DNA of 64,000 nucleotides from assembly GCA_002269645.1 (NCBI GenBank), contig NIVC01001390.1, forward strand, positions 1-64,000, given 5' to 3'. Positions 12,766-25,600 of this stretch are shown here, piece by piece (the first letter of the stretch is position 1; each line of letters starts with the position of its first letter). This stretch comes from Macrostomum lignano (lineage: Eukaryota). The notes beneath the pieces were generated by a model. It had not been told where the DNA came from. It saw only the letters and a list, made by a program, of their open reading frames with translations, and ran no database searches. A program made the translations under genes and the position numbers.

Positions 12766-14302
12766 TGCGAAGTCTGGAGCTGTTGAAGAGACGACAATCG
12801 AAGTCCAGAAACCGATTGGTGGGCAAAGGGCTCATGTTACCAAAATATTTATACGATTGTCTATTTCCGGTCAAAGTGGAAATGAATTCTTTCGATAAAA
12901 TAGAACATCTGCTACGGTTGAATTTGTCCGGATATTAAAGACGCAAAGAAATTAGTCGCAAAAGATTTCCCCGTGACTTGAAATTATTACACGGTTTCTC
13001 CTTCTCTTCCTTTTGTCTTAATTTCCTTTTCGGTTCCAAAGTTGACAAGTTCTTCAAGTTAAGGTCAACCCGCTGGTTTTAAAACGAAACTCTGGACGTG
13101 ACCAACTGTTTGTAGTTTCGTTAAAAAGTTGTAAATACGAGCGTAGTACGAGTGCTAGGAATTCGTTTGTCAATCTTATGGCAAACTTTTAATTATGAAA
13201 TTCTGTCCTTAGGGTTCTTACAGGGCGTCGTATGGTACTCGGAGCGGAAATTGAATCGCTTCAAACATTTATTTGCAACACCTATGTGCTGCTTACGCTG
13301 ATTGTTATACCTGTAGCTTTTTGATACCTGCAACTAGGGGTCATTGTCGCTAGTCAGTGCTTTTAGATAGTATTTTGTCTATGGTAAAAACTATCGCAAC
13401 TTTCACTCCATAGCCTGTGATTCTAGCGTCACTTCTGGATAATGTCCTCGAGTTCTATGGATATCTTGATATCGAGCGGCACTGCCGGTCCTTTGGTCAA
13501 GCGTGACACTTCTGCGTCTTCCTTTTCCTCCGGTAGCATTAGAAATTCGTCACTTGTTCCTCCCTCTTCGATGTACTTGATAAATGTGGCTAGGTCTTCG
13601 GCAGCTGTGTAGTCGTTGCCCGATGTTGATAGCCTTGAAATAAAATCCATGTCGGAGCGTGTGACACCAGAAAGACAACTAATCGGCAAGTTGGCCCAGT
13701 TAATCAGATGCACTTGGTCTGCAATGATGCTTTTCTTGCTAGTAGGGTTATTTGAGAGCTTTCATTTTCTCCCATCACCCCCCTCTATGCCTGCATTCCC
13801 CGTTCGCCCGACAACGCGGTCTATGTCTTAAAGCACTTTATTTATTTAAACCGGGCAATAAATTATTTATTTCCCGCTGGCCCGGGGCGTATAAACGGCA
13901 CTTTTACGATAGAAACTTTTTACCATAGACTGTAGACAAAGTCCGAGATAACGGCGGGCAATTCGTCTGCGGGTAATTCTCATGAACCCTGTGTACGAGT
14001 ATATGAAGTATGTCTATAGCCAAAATCAGGGTTCTCTCTCACAGAAAATTATTACCTTAGACTTTGAGCAAAGAAGATTTGCAAAAAACATAAATTTACC
14101 TGTTAAGGTATAACTTCTTTGAGGCTATTTGCTAGTACTGTAAAGGCATTGTTGATACTGAAGTATATATAAATAAGTCAAAAAGCCAATATGACGTACT
14201 GTGTCACAACTACACTAGTAATAGCCTCCCTGAGTCCTGGGAATTCTTAGGTCTCTGGTTAATCTACCGTATTAATGTAATTATTGGCTATAATTTTGAC
14301 AC

Positions 14303-14580
14303 GAGAGGAGAGGACAAAGGAGAGGAGAGGAGAGGAGAGAAGGGACAGAGAAAAATGAGAGAAGGGAGAGGAGAGGATAGGAGAGGAGAGGATAGGAGAG
14401 GAGAGGAGAGGAGAGGATAGGAGAGGAGAGGATAGGAGAGGAGAGGAGAGGAGAGGAGAGGAGAGGAGAGGAGAGGAGAGGAGAGGAGAGAAGAGGAGAG
14501 GATACGAGAGAAGAGTAGAGTAGAGGAGAGGAGAGGAGAGGAGAGGAGAGGAGAGGAGAGGAGAGGAGAGGAGAGGAGAG
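14303..14580. repeat. (GAGAG)n pentamer microsatellite
   Basis: Direct reading. Confidence 0.95.
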
Positions 14581-14809
14581 TCATGACTAGTTAATTGCTT
14601 TCTGAGTGGCAATACTTTGTAGCAACAAAAATAAGAGTAAAACTTCCAGGTGGCAAGACATATTCACTTTTGGAATGCTTAAAGGTTTCTACAGAAAACT
14701 TAAAGCATTATTGATTGCTCCCGTTTTCGTCACAGCCGTTTACGAGCGGCGTTGTTTTTAAAAATTATTGCTTTAAGCTCACTTCCATTGTGCAGTTTCA
14801 ACAGCTCGG

Positions 14810-14856
14810 CTACAGAGTGTAATGCCTCAATATCGCAAATGGTCAGGCTCTCGCTG
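14810..14856 (-). pseudogene. Isolated 3' end of an F-type lectin copy, with its 3' flank at ~14660-14810
   Basis: Minus strand reads SESLTICDIEA..., nearly identical to the end of the 19685 copy, with a 1-bp insertion. The flank duplicates 14860-14985. Confidence 0.75.
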
Positions 14857-14985
14857 AGAAAACTTCCCAGAGAAAACTTTAAGTTTTATTAATTGTTCCG
14901 GTTTCCATCACAAGCCGTTTACAAGTGTAGTTTCTCAAAATGATTGCTTCAAGCTCACTTCCATTGTGCAGTTTCACCAGCTGAG

Positions 14986-15317
14986 TTACAGTGTGTAAGC
15001 CTCAATCTCGCATATGGTAAGTATCCGCCTGCGCAGGTTCGTCACCCGAACTCGGCTGCCGAAGGCGTTGCAACTGAAGTTGGCCACGGAGAACGACACA
15101 GTCAGGTTCACTCGGTTGCACTTGACGCCGTCCACCTGCAGCGAGAATTTGTTGTGACGGCTTCGGCAGCAGTCCTGCCTGTTGTAGATGGTGACGTAAG
15201 AGACAAGCGATGGAACGACCAGCTGCCCCTCCCACAATTCCAACGGGCTGTTTTCGGTGCGGGTGCAGGAATCTACATCGAAGGTTGGTTCCTGTTTCCG
15301 TCAATTGCTAGTCCGCA
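14986..15317 (-). pseudogene. F-type lectin domain exon fragment (pseudogene)
   Basis: CGLAIDGNRNQ is followed by a 1-bp deletion relative to the 16856 copy (aaccaacc vs aaccaaacc). The fucose-binding His is changed to Arg (CTRT). Signal/PAN exon absent. Confidence 0.85.
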
Positions 15318-15318
15318 T

Positions 15319-15559
15319 ATGGCAGCGGCTCGCGGACTGTCGTGTCCTCTTGACAAGGACAGCGGACTGACTTCGGTGTGTCGGTGACATCGCTGTCGCT
15401 GCCGCTGTGACTGTCTGTCTCGACTGCGTCTTCTTTGTCGGACGTTGACGGCGAGGGAGACCGAGATAGACGGGCACTGCGTTCAGGCGAAGAGTTTCTG
15501 GACGAATCAATTTGACCTTCTTCACCTGCCGCGGCGTGGGGCTCGGACTTCGACGATTC
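15319..15559 (-). pseudogene. Duplicated, internally deleted fragment of CFAP97 exon 2, fused to the lectin fragment
   Basis: Aligns by eye to 24532-24600 and 24770-24920 (atggcagcggctcgcggactgtcgt...ttcttcacctgccgcggcgtggggctcggactt); carries an 8-bp insertion. Confidence 0.88.
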
Positions 15560-16855
15560 TTGAGTCACCAGTACGCTGGACATCTTCAACGGTGTCCCAG
15601 CCATACTCAAAGCGCTAAAACCACTTGAAGATGGTTTGCTTGATTTGAAGGTGCATCATCCCCAAAGACTGTTTGCTAGTGCCAAAGAATTTCTGCTTGC
15701 CTCTTCTGCAACAAAACCAAATTGCAGTGAGCTTGAAAAATTTACTTTTTCCATTGTGATTTTTAGGGGTGTCTGCATAATATGGTCACAAATAGCTAAT
15801 GTTTGGAGCAATTCAGCTAAAAACCAAGACATACGTAGTGTATAGGATTGAATATAATTGTGTAAACTTTCATTTACTTTGAACCCCTACTTAGTTTAGG
15901 AAGTTAAAACGAGTATTTAAGTTTGTCGGCAAACTTATCACACAACTCATGCACGAGCTGGGAAACTGACAGATTATTTGTCTATGGTCAGCAGTGCTTA
16001 CCATTCTGGCATTGAGGGAAGACACATTCCCTCACTACTAACCTGTCCAAAAGAAACTGGGCTACTCAATTCGCTCAAAGTAGCAGGCAGGATGCTAAGC
16101 AAATAGTTGGCCTTAGGATAAACTACATAACTGCTTGTTTAAGACTAACTGCCAATCAAATGACTGCAGCAGTTTTCTAGGATATAGGTTGCATTGTGCC
16201 ATTCAGCCTACTTTATTTCTCTCTACAATTAGAGTAGCCAGTGTAGAATGTAATTTTTCTTGTGCAAGAAAGTTTCTCGAAATGCCTAATAAGGCATTCT
16301 CTGAATTTCATTGTCTTAACCCTGACTCCTAAGGGCCGATGGATGCCACGTATAGTTACTGGACATACCAAATGCAATTAATCTGCCAGAAGCTGCATTC
16401 GATTGTGGTTTGTGGCCTTAATTTTTCTGTGTGCAGAGCTAATTATTCCTCACGGTCAAAAGGAATTTTTTGAAGGCTCACTTAGTTTCTAGTATAAAAA
16501 CGATATCACTTGAGGCCTTCAAAATTTTCTTAAATCTTCGCAAGCAGATTGGACTTGAGTTACATCTGGATCGAGCCTCAAGCTCGCAGAGATGGTCAGG
16601 CACTGGCTGAGCAGGTTTGCTAAATGTACCTCTCTAATAATTAGTGTCAGTGCTGTCTGATTTTAATACCGAGTCGAAACCAACAAAAAATGATGCTTTT
16701 AAATCCCAAGGCAATATTTGGAATGCTTGAAGATTCCCACAGAGAACTTTAAGTTTTATTAATTGCTCCGGTTTCCATCACAAGCCGTTTACGAGTGTAG
16801 TTTCTCAAAATGATTGCTTCAAGCTCACTTCCATTGTGCAGTTTCACCAGCTGAG

Positions 16856-17667
16856 TTACAGAGTGTAAGCCTCAATCTCGCATATGCTAAGTATCCAGCT
16901 GCGCAGGTTCGTCACCCGAACTCGGCTGCCGAAGGCGTTGCAGCTGAAGTTGGCCACAGAGAACGGCACAGCCAGGCTCACTCGGTTGCACTCGACGCCG
17001 TCCACCTGCAGCGAGAATTCGTTGAGTCGGCGTCGGCAGCAGTCCTGCCTGTTGTAGATGGTGACGTAAGAGACAAGCGATGGAGCGGCCAGCTGCCCCT
17101 CCCACCATTCGAACCCGTTGTTTTTGGTGTGGGTGCAGGAATCTGCATCGAAGGTTTGGTTCCTGTTTCCGTCAATTGCTAGTCCGCAAACGCCCGGTGT
17201 TTTCGTTGAGCTCTGCGAGCAGCTTCCGAACTGCAGCCGAGTTTGTGCGTCTGAAAATTAGTGGCAGTCAGAGTACTTGTAGCACGGGCTTGTCAACTTA
17301 AATTTAGGCATACAATAATTTCCACAAGATTGAATTAGTCAAATTCAACATACTTGGTGCATGTCATCTTACCGACAATCCTGGTGTACACATCGCATGA
17401 CTCCGAGACCTGCCAGCCACCCGTGCTGCTGAACGCCAGCCAGTCAAAGAGTCGGCACAGACCCTGCAGCCAGCTGAAGCCGAAACAGGTGGGCCTCACA
17501 GCGCAGAGCGTGGCGCAGTTCATTGAATCCCTGCCACGCAGGGTCTCCATGGCAACTGGAGTCGAGGTGCTGCGCAGTTTTACCACCTTGAATTGGAGGT
17601 GGAAGATCATGGCAAACGAAATTTTCAATGTATAGCATAGCAGCAGAAGCAGAATTAGCTTCATCAT
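16856..17667 (-). CDS. Secreted PAN/apple + F-type lectin (fucolectin) protein, copy B
   Basis: Exon 17667-17373 encodes the signal peptide and PAN Cys pattern CATLCAVRPTCFGFSWLQGLC. A phase-1 intron follows. Exon 17250-16856 has AIDGN, SCTHT, WW and an exact H-x26-R-x-D-x4-R motif (H...NRQDCCRRR), ending ICEIEAY. Confidence 0.9.
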
Positions 17668-18118
17668 TAGCTAGCAGAAGCTTCTGTCAGTGTTTTAGTG
17701 TCCAACATCAGCGGAAGCAAACGGTTGATTTATAGAGTTGGAAGATTTTTAGTTACGAGCGACACCTTTGATTATTGGCTCGGATCTGTCTCTCTAATTC
17801 CATTCTGGGCAAGCCGCTTGCTTCATTTCGAATTTACCCGTCGAAGCATGGCCGTGAGTTTGCTCAATAAAGAAGGAAGATACACAGCTACCGGTAGTAA
17901 GGGATCCGCGGGCAGCCTTGCTGTATCTTGAAGCCAGCTGCATCTAATGGGTACAGAGTTCCGATTGTGAAGCCTTTAGACCGATCAAACACGAGTTAAA
18001 TTGTCAAATATTAGCTCTGACAGCCGTGTGCCCGGTTTGCTATCACCATGACGGCGGAAGCGACAGATGTAGATGGAAAATCCTGGTAGAGTATTCGATA
18101 ACTCGCTTTACTATCTGC

Positions 18119-18867
18119 CAGAGGGCGTCGCCATAGATTTTATTGTTTGGGGTGGGGGCAGGGACTGCTAAATACCTAGGGACAGGAAACTACCAAAGTT
18201 GGAGGCCGATCTATTAATAACTTGGTCCTTGGACAGCATTTCTTGGATATGTTTTTACCCTATAGACGCAAACTCACTGACTTCAGGGTAAAGCCTATCT
18301 AAGTAATGCTTTCTGAGGACTAAGTTATTAATAAATCGGCATCCAACTTTTGTAGCTTGCCGTCCAGAGTACAAGCGAGTTGAGTAATTCCTGGGGGGTG
18401 ACAAAGCGAAGAATTTTACGTGTACATATACACAATTAAACTCCTACGTGTACAATATTTTGAGAATCGGTGTTGTTAGCACTCCTTTTGGCGCCACAGA
18501 CACTCATAACGCCACAGGCACTTTTTAGCGCCGCATGCACTCATTTGAGCGCCGCAGGCAATCATTTGAGCGCCGCATGCACTCATTTTAGCGCCACAGG
18601 CACTCATTTTAGTGCCACAGGCACTCATTTTAGCGCCGTAGGCACTCATTTTAGCGCCACAGGCACTCATTTTAGCAAATCAGGCACTCATTTTGGCGCC
18701 GCAGTTGCTATATTTTAGCGCCCTGAAACAAAACTATTGCTTTTCACAACGGGTCACAAGATACGGTGGGTGAGGGGGGGGGCAAAGCATTGTATATCTC
18801 CCCCCTAAGCTTTTAGCTCGTACTAGGGGGACATGTCCCCCTGTCCACTCTGGTGGCGACGACCCTG
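18119..18867. mobile_element. Non-autonomous hAT-type DNA transposon carrying an internal 21-bp minisatellite (~18490-18720)
   Basis: Ends CAGAGGGCGTCGCCA and (reverse complement) CAGGGTCGTCGCCA. Flanked by 8-bp near-identical direct repeats CTATCTGC (18111-18118) and CTGTCTGC (18868-18875). No transposase ORF. Confidence 0.7.
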
Positions 18868-19684
18868 CTGTCTGCTATAAGTAGTATGGAACAAATAACA
18901 CTTTATAAAATTTCTAAAAACTAAAAGTCATCATTGCTCTATCTTGGTGAAAAGTACTTTGGTTGCTTTAACACCCCCCTGCTTTGCATGGCACGATCTA
19001 ATATTTAAATCCATGGTAGAATATATAAATATTTGAGAACTTTTTTGGCTAGAAAGTGCCAGACTTGGATCGCGCCAGTGAGCAGTTTCTGTTGGACTAT
19101 TCGGAAGTAAAAGATACGAGAAAACTGATCGGGGTAGCTTTAATCCGTCCAACTCTCGCACACCGCTCCGCCCCCCCCCCACTTCATTCCTCAACTCAAG
19201 TCTGCCGCGGCGTAGCTGAGTTTCGTCACTCGCAAAGATTGAGAGAGACTTTACCTGCACTCTCAAAAGTGACGACCACAGACGGAATCTGCTGTGATGG
19301 CGACTTTTCGATGTTGCTGAGTGTATTTGTACATGTAATTTCGAGTATTACTCACGTTCAATGGTACTTTATTTAAAGGCTTAGTTACTTACTTTGTTTC
19401 TAGTATTAAGACAATATCACTTAAAAGCAGGTTGGACTTGAGTTACATCCGAGTCGAGCCTCAAGCTCGCAGATGATCAGGCACTGGCTGAGCAAGTTTG
19501 CCAAATATATGTCACCAATAATTAGTGTCAGTGCCGTCTGGGTTTAATGCCCAGTCGAAAGCAACAAAAAAACTGCCAAGTCGCAAAGATATATTCGTTT
19601 TTGGAATGCTTGAAGGTTCCTACAGAGAACTTTAAGTTTTATTGATTGCTGTGATCCGGTTTGCATCACAGCCGTTCAGCTCAT

Positions 19685-20498
19685 CTACAGAGTGTAAGCC
19701 TCAATCTCGCAAATGGTCAGGCTCTCGCTGCGCAGGTTCGTCACTCGAACTCGGCTGCCGAAGGCGTTGCAGCCGAAGTTGGCCACGGAAAACGGCTCTC
19801 TCAGGTTCACTCGGTTGCACTCGACGCCGTTCACGTGCAGCGAGAATTTGTTGATCCGGCCAGCGCAGCAGTCCTGCCTATTGTAGATGGTGACGTATGA
19901 GACAAGCGATGGAGCGGCCAGCTGCCCCTCCCACCAATCCGACAACAAGTTGTTCGTGTGAGTACAACAATGATGTACGTGATAGTTTTGGTTCCTGTTT
20001 TCGTCAATTGCTAGTCCGCAAACGCCCGGTGTTTTCGTTGAGCTCTGCGTGCAGCTTCCGAATTGCAGCCGAGTTTGTGAGTCTGGAAATTAGTGGCAGT
20101 CAGAGTACTTGTACCACGAGCTTGTCACATTATATTTAGGCACACAATAATTTCCACAAGATTGAATAAGCCAGTTCCGAATACTTGGTGCATGGCATCT
20201 TACCGACAATCCTGGTGTACACATCGCATGACTCCGAGACCTGCCAGCCATCGGGGCTGTTGAAGGCCAGCCAGTCAAAGAGTCGGCACAGACCCTGCAG
20301 CCAGCTGAAGCCGAAACAGGTGGGCCTCAAAGCGCAGAGCGTGGCGCAGTTCATTGAATCCCTGCCACGCAGGGTCGCCATGGCAACTGGAGTCGAGGTG
20401 CTGCGCAGTTTGACCACCTTGAATTTGAGGTGGACGGTCATGGCAAACGAAATTTTCAATGTATAGCATAGCAGCAGAAGCAGAATTAGCTTCATCAT
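19685..20498 (-). CDS. Secreted PAN/apple + F-type lectin (fucolectin) protein, copy C
   Basis: Exons 20498-20204 and 20082-19685; same structure as copy B; H-x26-RQDCCAGR motif intact. Confidence 0.9.
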
Positions 20499-22676
20499 TA
20501 GCTAGCAGAAGCTGGTGTCAGTGTTTCAGTGTCCAACATCAGTAGAAACAAACGGTTGCTTTATAGAGTTTTTCGTGATAAAAGCGACGCCTAGTGATTA
20601 TTGGCTCGATCTATCTCTCTCTTCCAAACTTGGGCAAGCCGCTTGCTTCATTTCGAATTTGCCAGTGGAAGCATGGCCGTGAGTTTGCTCAATAAAGAAG
20701 GAAGATGCACAGCTAGTTACGAATCAGCGAGCTATCTTGCTGCATCTTGAAGCTAGCTACATCTAACGGGTACAGAATCACGACTTCGATCCGATAAGAC
20801 CTTCGATTCTGCAGCGACCCTAACTTCACTGTATCACAGAGGCTGACCCTCTAAGGGCGTTAATAATTTCACGAGCAGACCTAAGCTGAGATACCAATTT
20901 TAGACCAAAATTAATGTCACTGCACTTGACATTAGACACGCATTAAAGCTTGTATCAATTCAAGAGAATTTTAAATTCATTCTTCTCCATGAAGAGTGCA
21001 AGCTGCATGGCTTACAGTTTATATTGCCTGATCGATGGCAACGCTCGAAATGGAGACCGGTTGAAGTCCTGATGATAGCTGACGTAAAATCTCGTTCGGG
21101 TGTCCTTAGTCCCCGGTGTCACCTACTGAAGAATGTGTCTTCGATGCCCAGCAGTTGAGGGATTTGCCCACTGTCGAGGCCAGAGACCAGTGACGAACGA
21201 AGTCCGAGTCAGTGATGCTGATGAAATTTGGAGGCTTGGCACAGGGGTGTGTATTGGATACAGTGGCGCTTGTGGAAAAAATCCGACCCTCTGATAAATT
21301 TGTTGAATATCTGGACGGTCCTCACGACGGAGCTGGCTTGCAAAAATTTAACGTTGTCACCTTTTATTATTCGAGCTTTACAAACAGCCATTCTTTTAAT
21401 TTTGTATTCTAATCAATCACAGACGCTGTAGATGCTGTAGGGCCTAGATTAGCTGCCTTTGTTTCTGAGACCTTTGTAACGGCTTGGTTTCGGTTGGCTC
21501 TGGCTTTTGAAGTATCAATCATCAGAAGAGAATGGATAGTTTGAGACCTATAAAGCTCATACAAGAACATTGAGTCCAATTCATTGATCAGCAATTCGAT
21601 AGCTTTCTGTTCTTTTATAAATTGTACATGTATTTTAGTAGAGTTTAGCTCGTAATTCACGATAGACGAAGCATTTTAGAAAGCTAGGGAATTTTGAATT
21701 TTTTTCAAAATCTCAAAGTTCACGTTCAAAACTACAGGGTGAGTCGTAGACATATTATATCAAAAAAGACTTTCAAAAAAATTGTAATACTAGAGCGTTT
21801 ACTTGCTTCGTCACACTACTCTTAGTAGTCTGGTAGCTGAATAGATAGGAATTGAGATGGTATAAGCTGCAGCCTCCTTTGTTCCCTAAAAAAGTAAAAA
21901 AAGATTAAAAATCAATAAGTTTTCATGCATTTTTAATAATAGATATGAAAGCATTAAAATAGGAGAACTTCTCAAATGGCAATGGACAGAGCAGGCTCCA
22001 CTGCCACCTGGGTCAATGTCAGTTTAGAGTAAATTTATTTATGTTTTTGATATTTTAAAAATCAGTTAATTAATATAACATTATTTTTCTGAATTTCATT
22101 AGTGAAAAGAAGTGATAAAAGCGTCACATAGTTGAATACGTGAAAAATAATTGTCTGAAATATCAGTTGTATGTAATCTTGAATTTTTGTCAGTGAAGAA
22201 TCTACAGGTTTGAATCACTATTTTGTTTAATTAATTGATTTCTCAGGGAAAAATACAAGAAAGGTCAGATAAGGTCACAAGGATTAATTAATCATGAATA
22301 AAATAAAAACAGTATTGGTGTCCAATCCATCAGTATCTAAAGGGCTAAAAACCAAGACTCTACCTACAAAGAGCAATATTTATATGCATAGAAAACGTTC
22401 GATATCGACTACCCCTTTCAATATTTGTCAAGGGGTCAGTCGCACAATAGCATGAACAGGTATAATAGCAGACCACGTGATTCTAAAATTTTATCAAGAA
22501 GTTATTTGAATGTGCATCAATATTCAGAGTAGAAGAATGTGCTCAGCCACGCCGCGCCTCTTATTAAATTTCTTGTCCTTTTTCAGCTTGCAACACCAGA
22601 AGCTGACCTCGCAAATCATGCATAATTTGTTAATTGAAAAATTATTTGTTGAAAAACAAACGTGACATCAATGCAT

Positions 22677-25600
22677 TCACCAGCCTGCTGGCCAGCCAGG
22701 ACGTCCGGAAGAGACACCTGCGCCGCCTCCGCCTCGCTGACCGCCGCCGCGTGTCCTCGTCGCGGAACCTCTGGCCGAAGCTCGCGACGCTGCCGAGCTT
22801 GGACGTGACGAAGCCGACACTCCGCCTGCGGCTGCGCTGCCAGGCCGAACAATGCTGGTGGACGAGTGCACCCTGGAGACTGGCTGGCAGTACGGGTTCT
22901 GCGTGATCCTTGGTTGACGATAGTTCGACTCTTCTCCGAGAAGTGAGAGCGGCAGACCGAAGCTGGCCTGACGCTTGTAGTCGGAGATCATCTCGTCCCG
23001 GCTCATGCCGCGGGTGGGTCGGATTCGCTTCAGGCGTTGGAAGATTTTCTGTCGAAGCGAGATTAATAATAATGTAATGCCTCTCTGATTCTGTAATACC
23101 TCTCTGACACTGTAATGCCTCTCTGAGACTGTAATACCTCTTTGACACTGTAATGCCTCTCTGAGACTGTAATACCTCTTTGACACTGTAATGCCTCTCT
23201 GACACTGAAATACCTCTCTGAGACTGTAATACCTCTTTGACACTGTAATGCCTCTCTGAGACTGTAATACCTCTCTGACACTGTAATACCTCTTTGACAC
23301 TGTAATGCCTCTCTGAGACTGTAATACCTCTCTGACACTGTAATACCTCTCTGACACTGTAATACCTCTCTGATTCTGTAATGCCTCTCTGACACTGTAA
23401 TACCTCTCTGAGACTGTAATACCTCTCTGACACTGTAATAACTCCCTGAGACTGTAATGCCTCTCTGATTCTGTAATACCTCTTTGACACTGTAATACCT
23501 CTCCGATTCTGTAATACCTCTCTGACACTGTAATACCTCTCTGAGACTGTAATACCTCTCTGACACTGTAATACCTCTCTGACACTGTAATACCTCTCTG
23601 ACACTGTAATACCTACTACTCGTAATTAAACTCCCAGTGTTAAAAAACTCACTCTATTCTCCTCCTCAATGCGCCTTTGCTCCTTCTGCCTGTTGACAGT
23701 GGAATGGTGCGGCCTCTTCACCGGTGGATCAATATTGTTTGGTTTCTTAGCCCGGTTCTTAGTCCGCATAAGGTTGTACAGCAGTCGCTGGTTCTCAGCC
23801 TCGATGTCGTGAATTCTGCTCATAGACTGGGTGCCGCTGTGAAGGCCTGTCGGATGGGGGTTATGGGTGACCCGTCAATCAGTGGTTCAGTGACCTTTCA
23901 GACCTTTTTATTACATCCAGAAGGCTGTGTGCACCCTGGCGCACTTCAAGCGACATTGTCACACAACCGGTGAGAGGCATTGCTGCCCATTCCGCCGACT
24001 CCCCTGAGCAGGCACACAAGCGCGCGGATACGTACTCAGTCATACGCACAGGCACACACTCACACAGGAGTATACAGCCGCCCTAACTTTATTTACCGTT
24101 AGGCATGTACACTTCACTGCGCCTTGGGGGTTGGCCCGCAAGGCCGTCAATTGTGATGACTTCACTTAAAATCGAGCGCTACGCCCCCTCTCCCCACGTC
24201 AGCCCCTTAATCCCCAAGGGGACTCAGTGACCCCGTGAGACCCTGAAGCCTCTAGGGGACTCAGTGACACCGTCAGCCCCTTAATCTCCTAGGGGACTCG
24301 GTGACCCCGTCAGACCCTTAATCCCCTAGGGGGCTCGGTGACCGTCTGGACGCAGAGCCCGTACCGGATCTCTGTGGCCCGGCTGACTGGCCCCTCCGCT
24401 TGTCCAGTTCGACCAGCGCTCGCACGATGGTCTCCATGTTGATTCGGTCCTCATCGCAATCCTCTGCTCCGCCTTGGTGACCAGCGGCAACGCGCGGCGG
24501 CTTCCGGGCGGACAAATCGGCGGCGTCGCCCATGGCAGCGGCTCGCGGACTGTCGTGGCCTCTTGGCGAGGACAGCGGACTGACGTCGGTGACATCGCTG
24601 GCGCTGCTGCTGTTGCTGCGGCTGCGACTGCTGCCTCGTTTCCGGTTTCTTCCAGAAGAAGAGCTGTGACTTCTCGACGACTTCGAAGCGCTCCGACTGC
24701 GGATTTGACGACGCCGCGGTGACGAGCTTCGCTTGGTCTCGTCCTCATCCTGATCCCTGTCGCTGCCGCTGCGACTGTCCCGACTGCGACTTCTTCGTCT
24801 GGACGTTGGCGGCGAGGGAGACCGAGATAGATGACGGGGACTGCGTTCAGGCGAAGAGTTTTCGGGCGAATCTTTGGCCTTCTTCACCTGCCGCGGCGTG
24901 GGGCTCGGACTTTGACGATTCGAATCGTCTAGATTGTTCGACGGACTTCGTCGACTGCCGGCGCTCCTGGCGCTTGCCTGGGCATCGTTCCTGTCGTATT
25001 GTCAGCAATGCAATGCGACTGTTTTTAATGCTTTCTATTTAAGGACGACAGTTACAGGTAAAAAACAATGAATATTGTAAGCTTGCTTTTCTACAAAGCT
25101 AAATCTGAAGGAGTGAAGGGTGGACAATGTGTAGAGTTGGGTGGAAGAGTGGGTAGAGAGAACGGAGGAAGGTGGGTGGAGGAGGGGTGGAGAGAATGGA
25201 AGGAGGTGGGTGTAAGGGGCAGAGAGAATAGAGGGAGGTGGGTGGAAGGGGCAGAGAGAATAGAGGGAGGTGGGTGGAAGGGGCAGAGAGAATAGAGGGA
25301 GGTGGGTGTAAGGGGCAGAGAGAATAGAGGGAGGTGGGTGGAAGGGGCAGAGAGAATAGAGGGAGGTGGGTGGAAGGGGCAGAGAGAATAGAGGGAGGTG
25401 GGTGTAAGGGGCAGAGAGAATAGAGGGAGGTGGGTGGAAGGGGCAGAGAGAATAGAGGGAGGTGGGTGGAAGGGGCAGAGAGAATAGAGGGAGGTGGGTG
25501 GAAGGGGCAGAGAGAATAGAGGGAGGTGGGTGGAAGGGGCAGAGAGAATAGAGGGAGGTGGGTGGAAGGGGCAGAGAATGAAGCGGACATGGGTAGAAGA

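Noticed and set aside
13429-13713. 94-aa ORF as a possible transposase remnant
   Set aside because: No motif I can assign and no TIRs seen; left uncalled.
13922-14018. Short MITE with catagac...gtctat ends
   Set aside because: Only a 6-bp inverted match and no convincing TSD.
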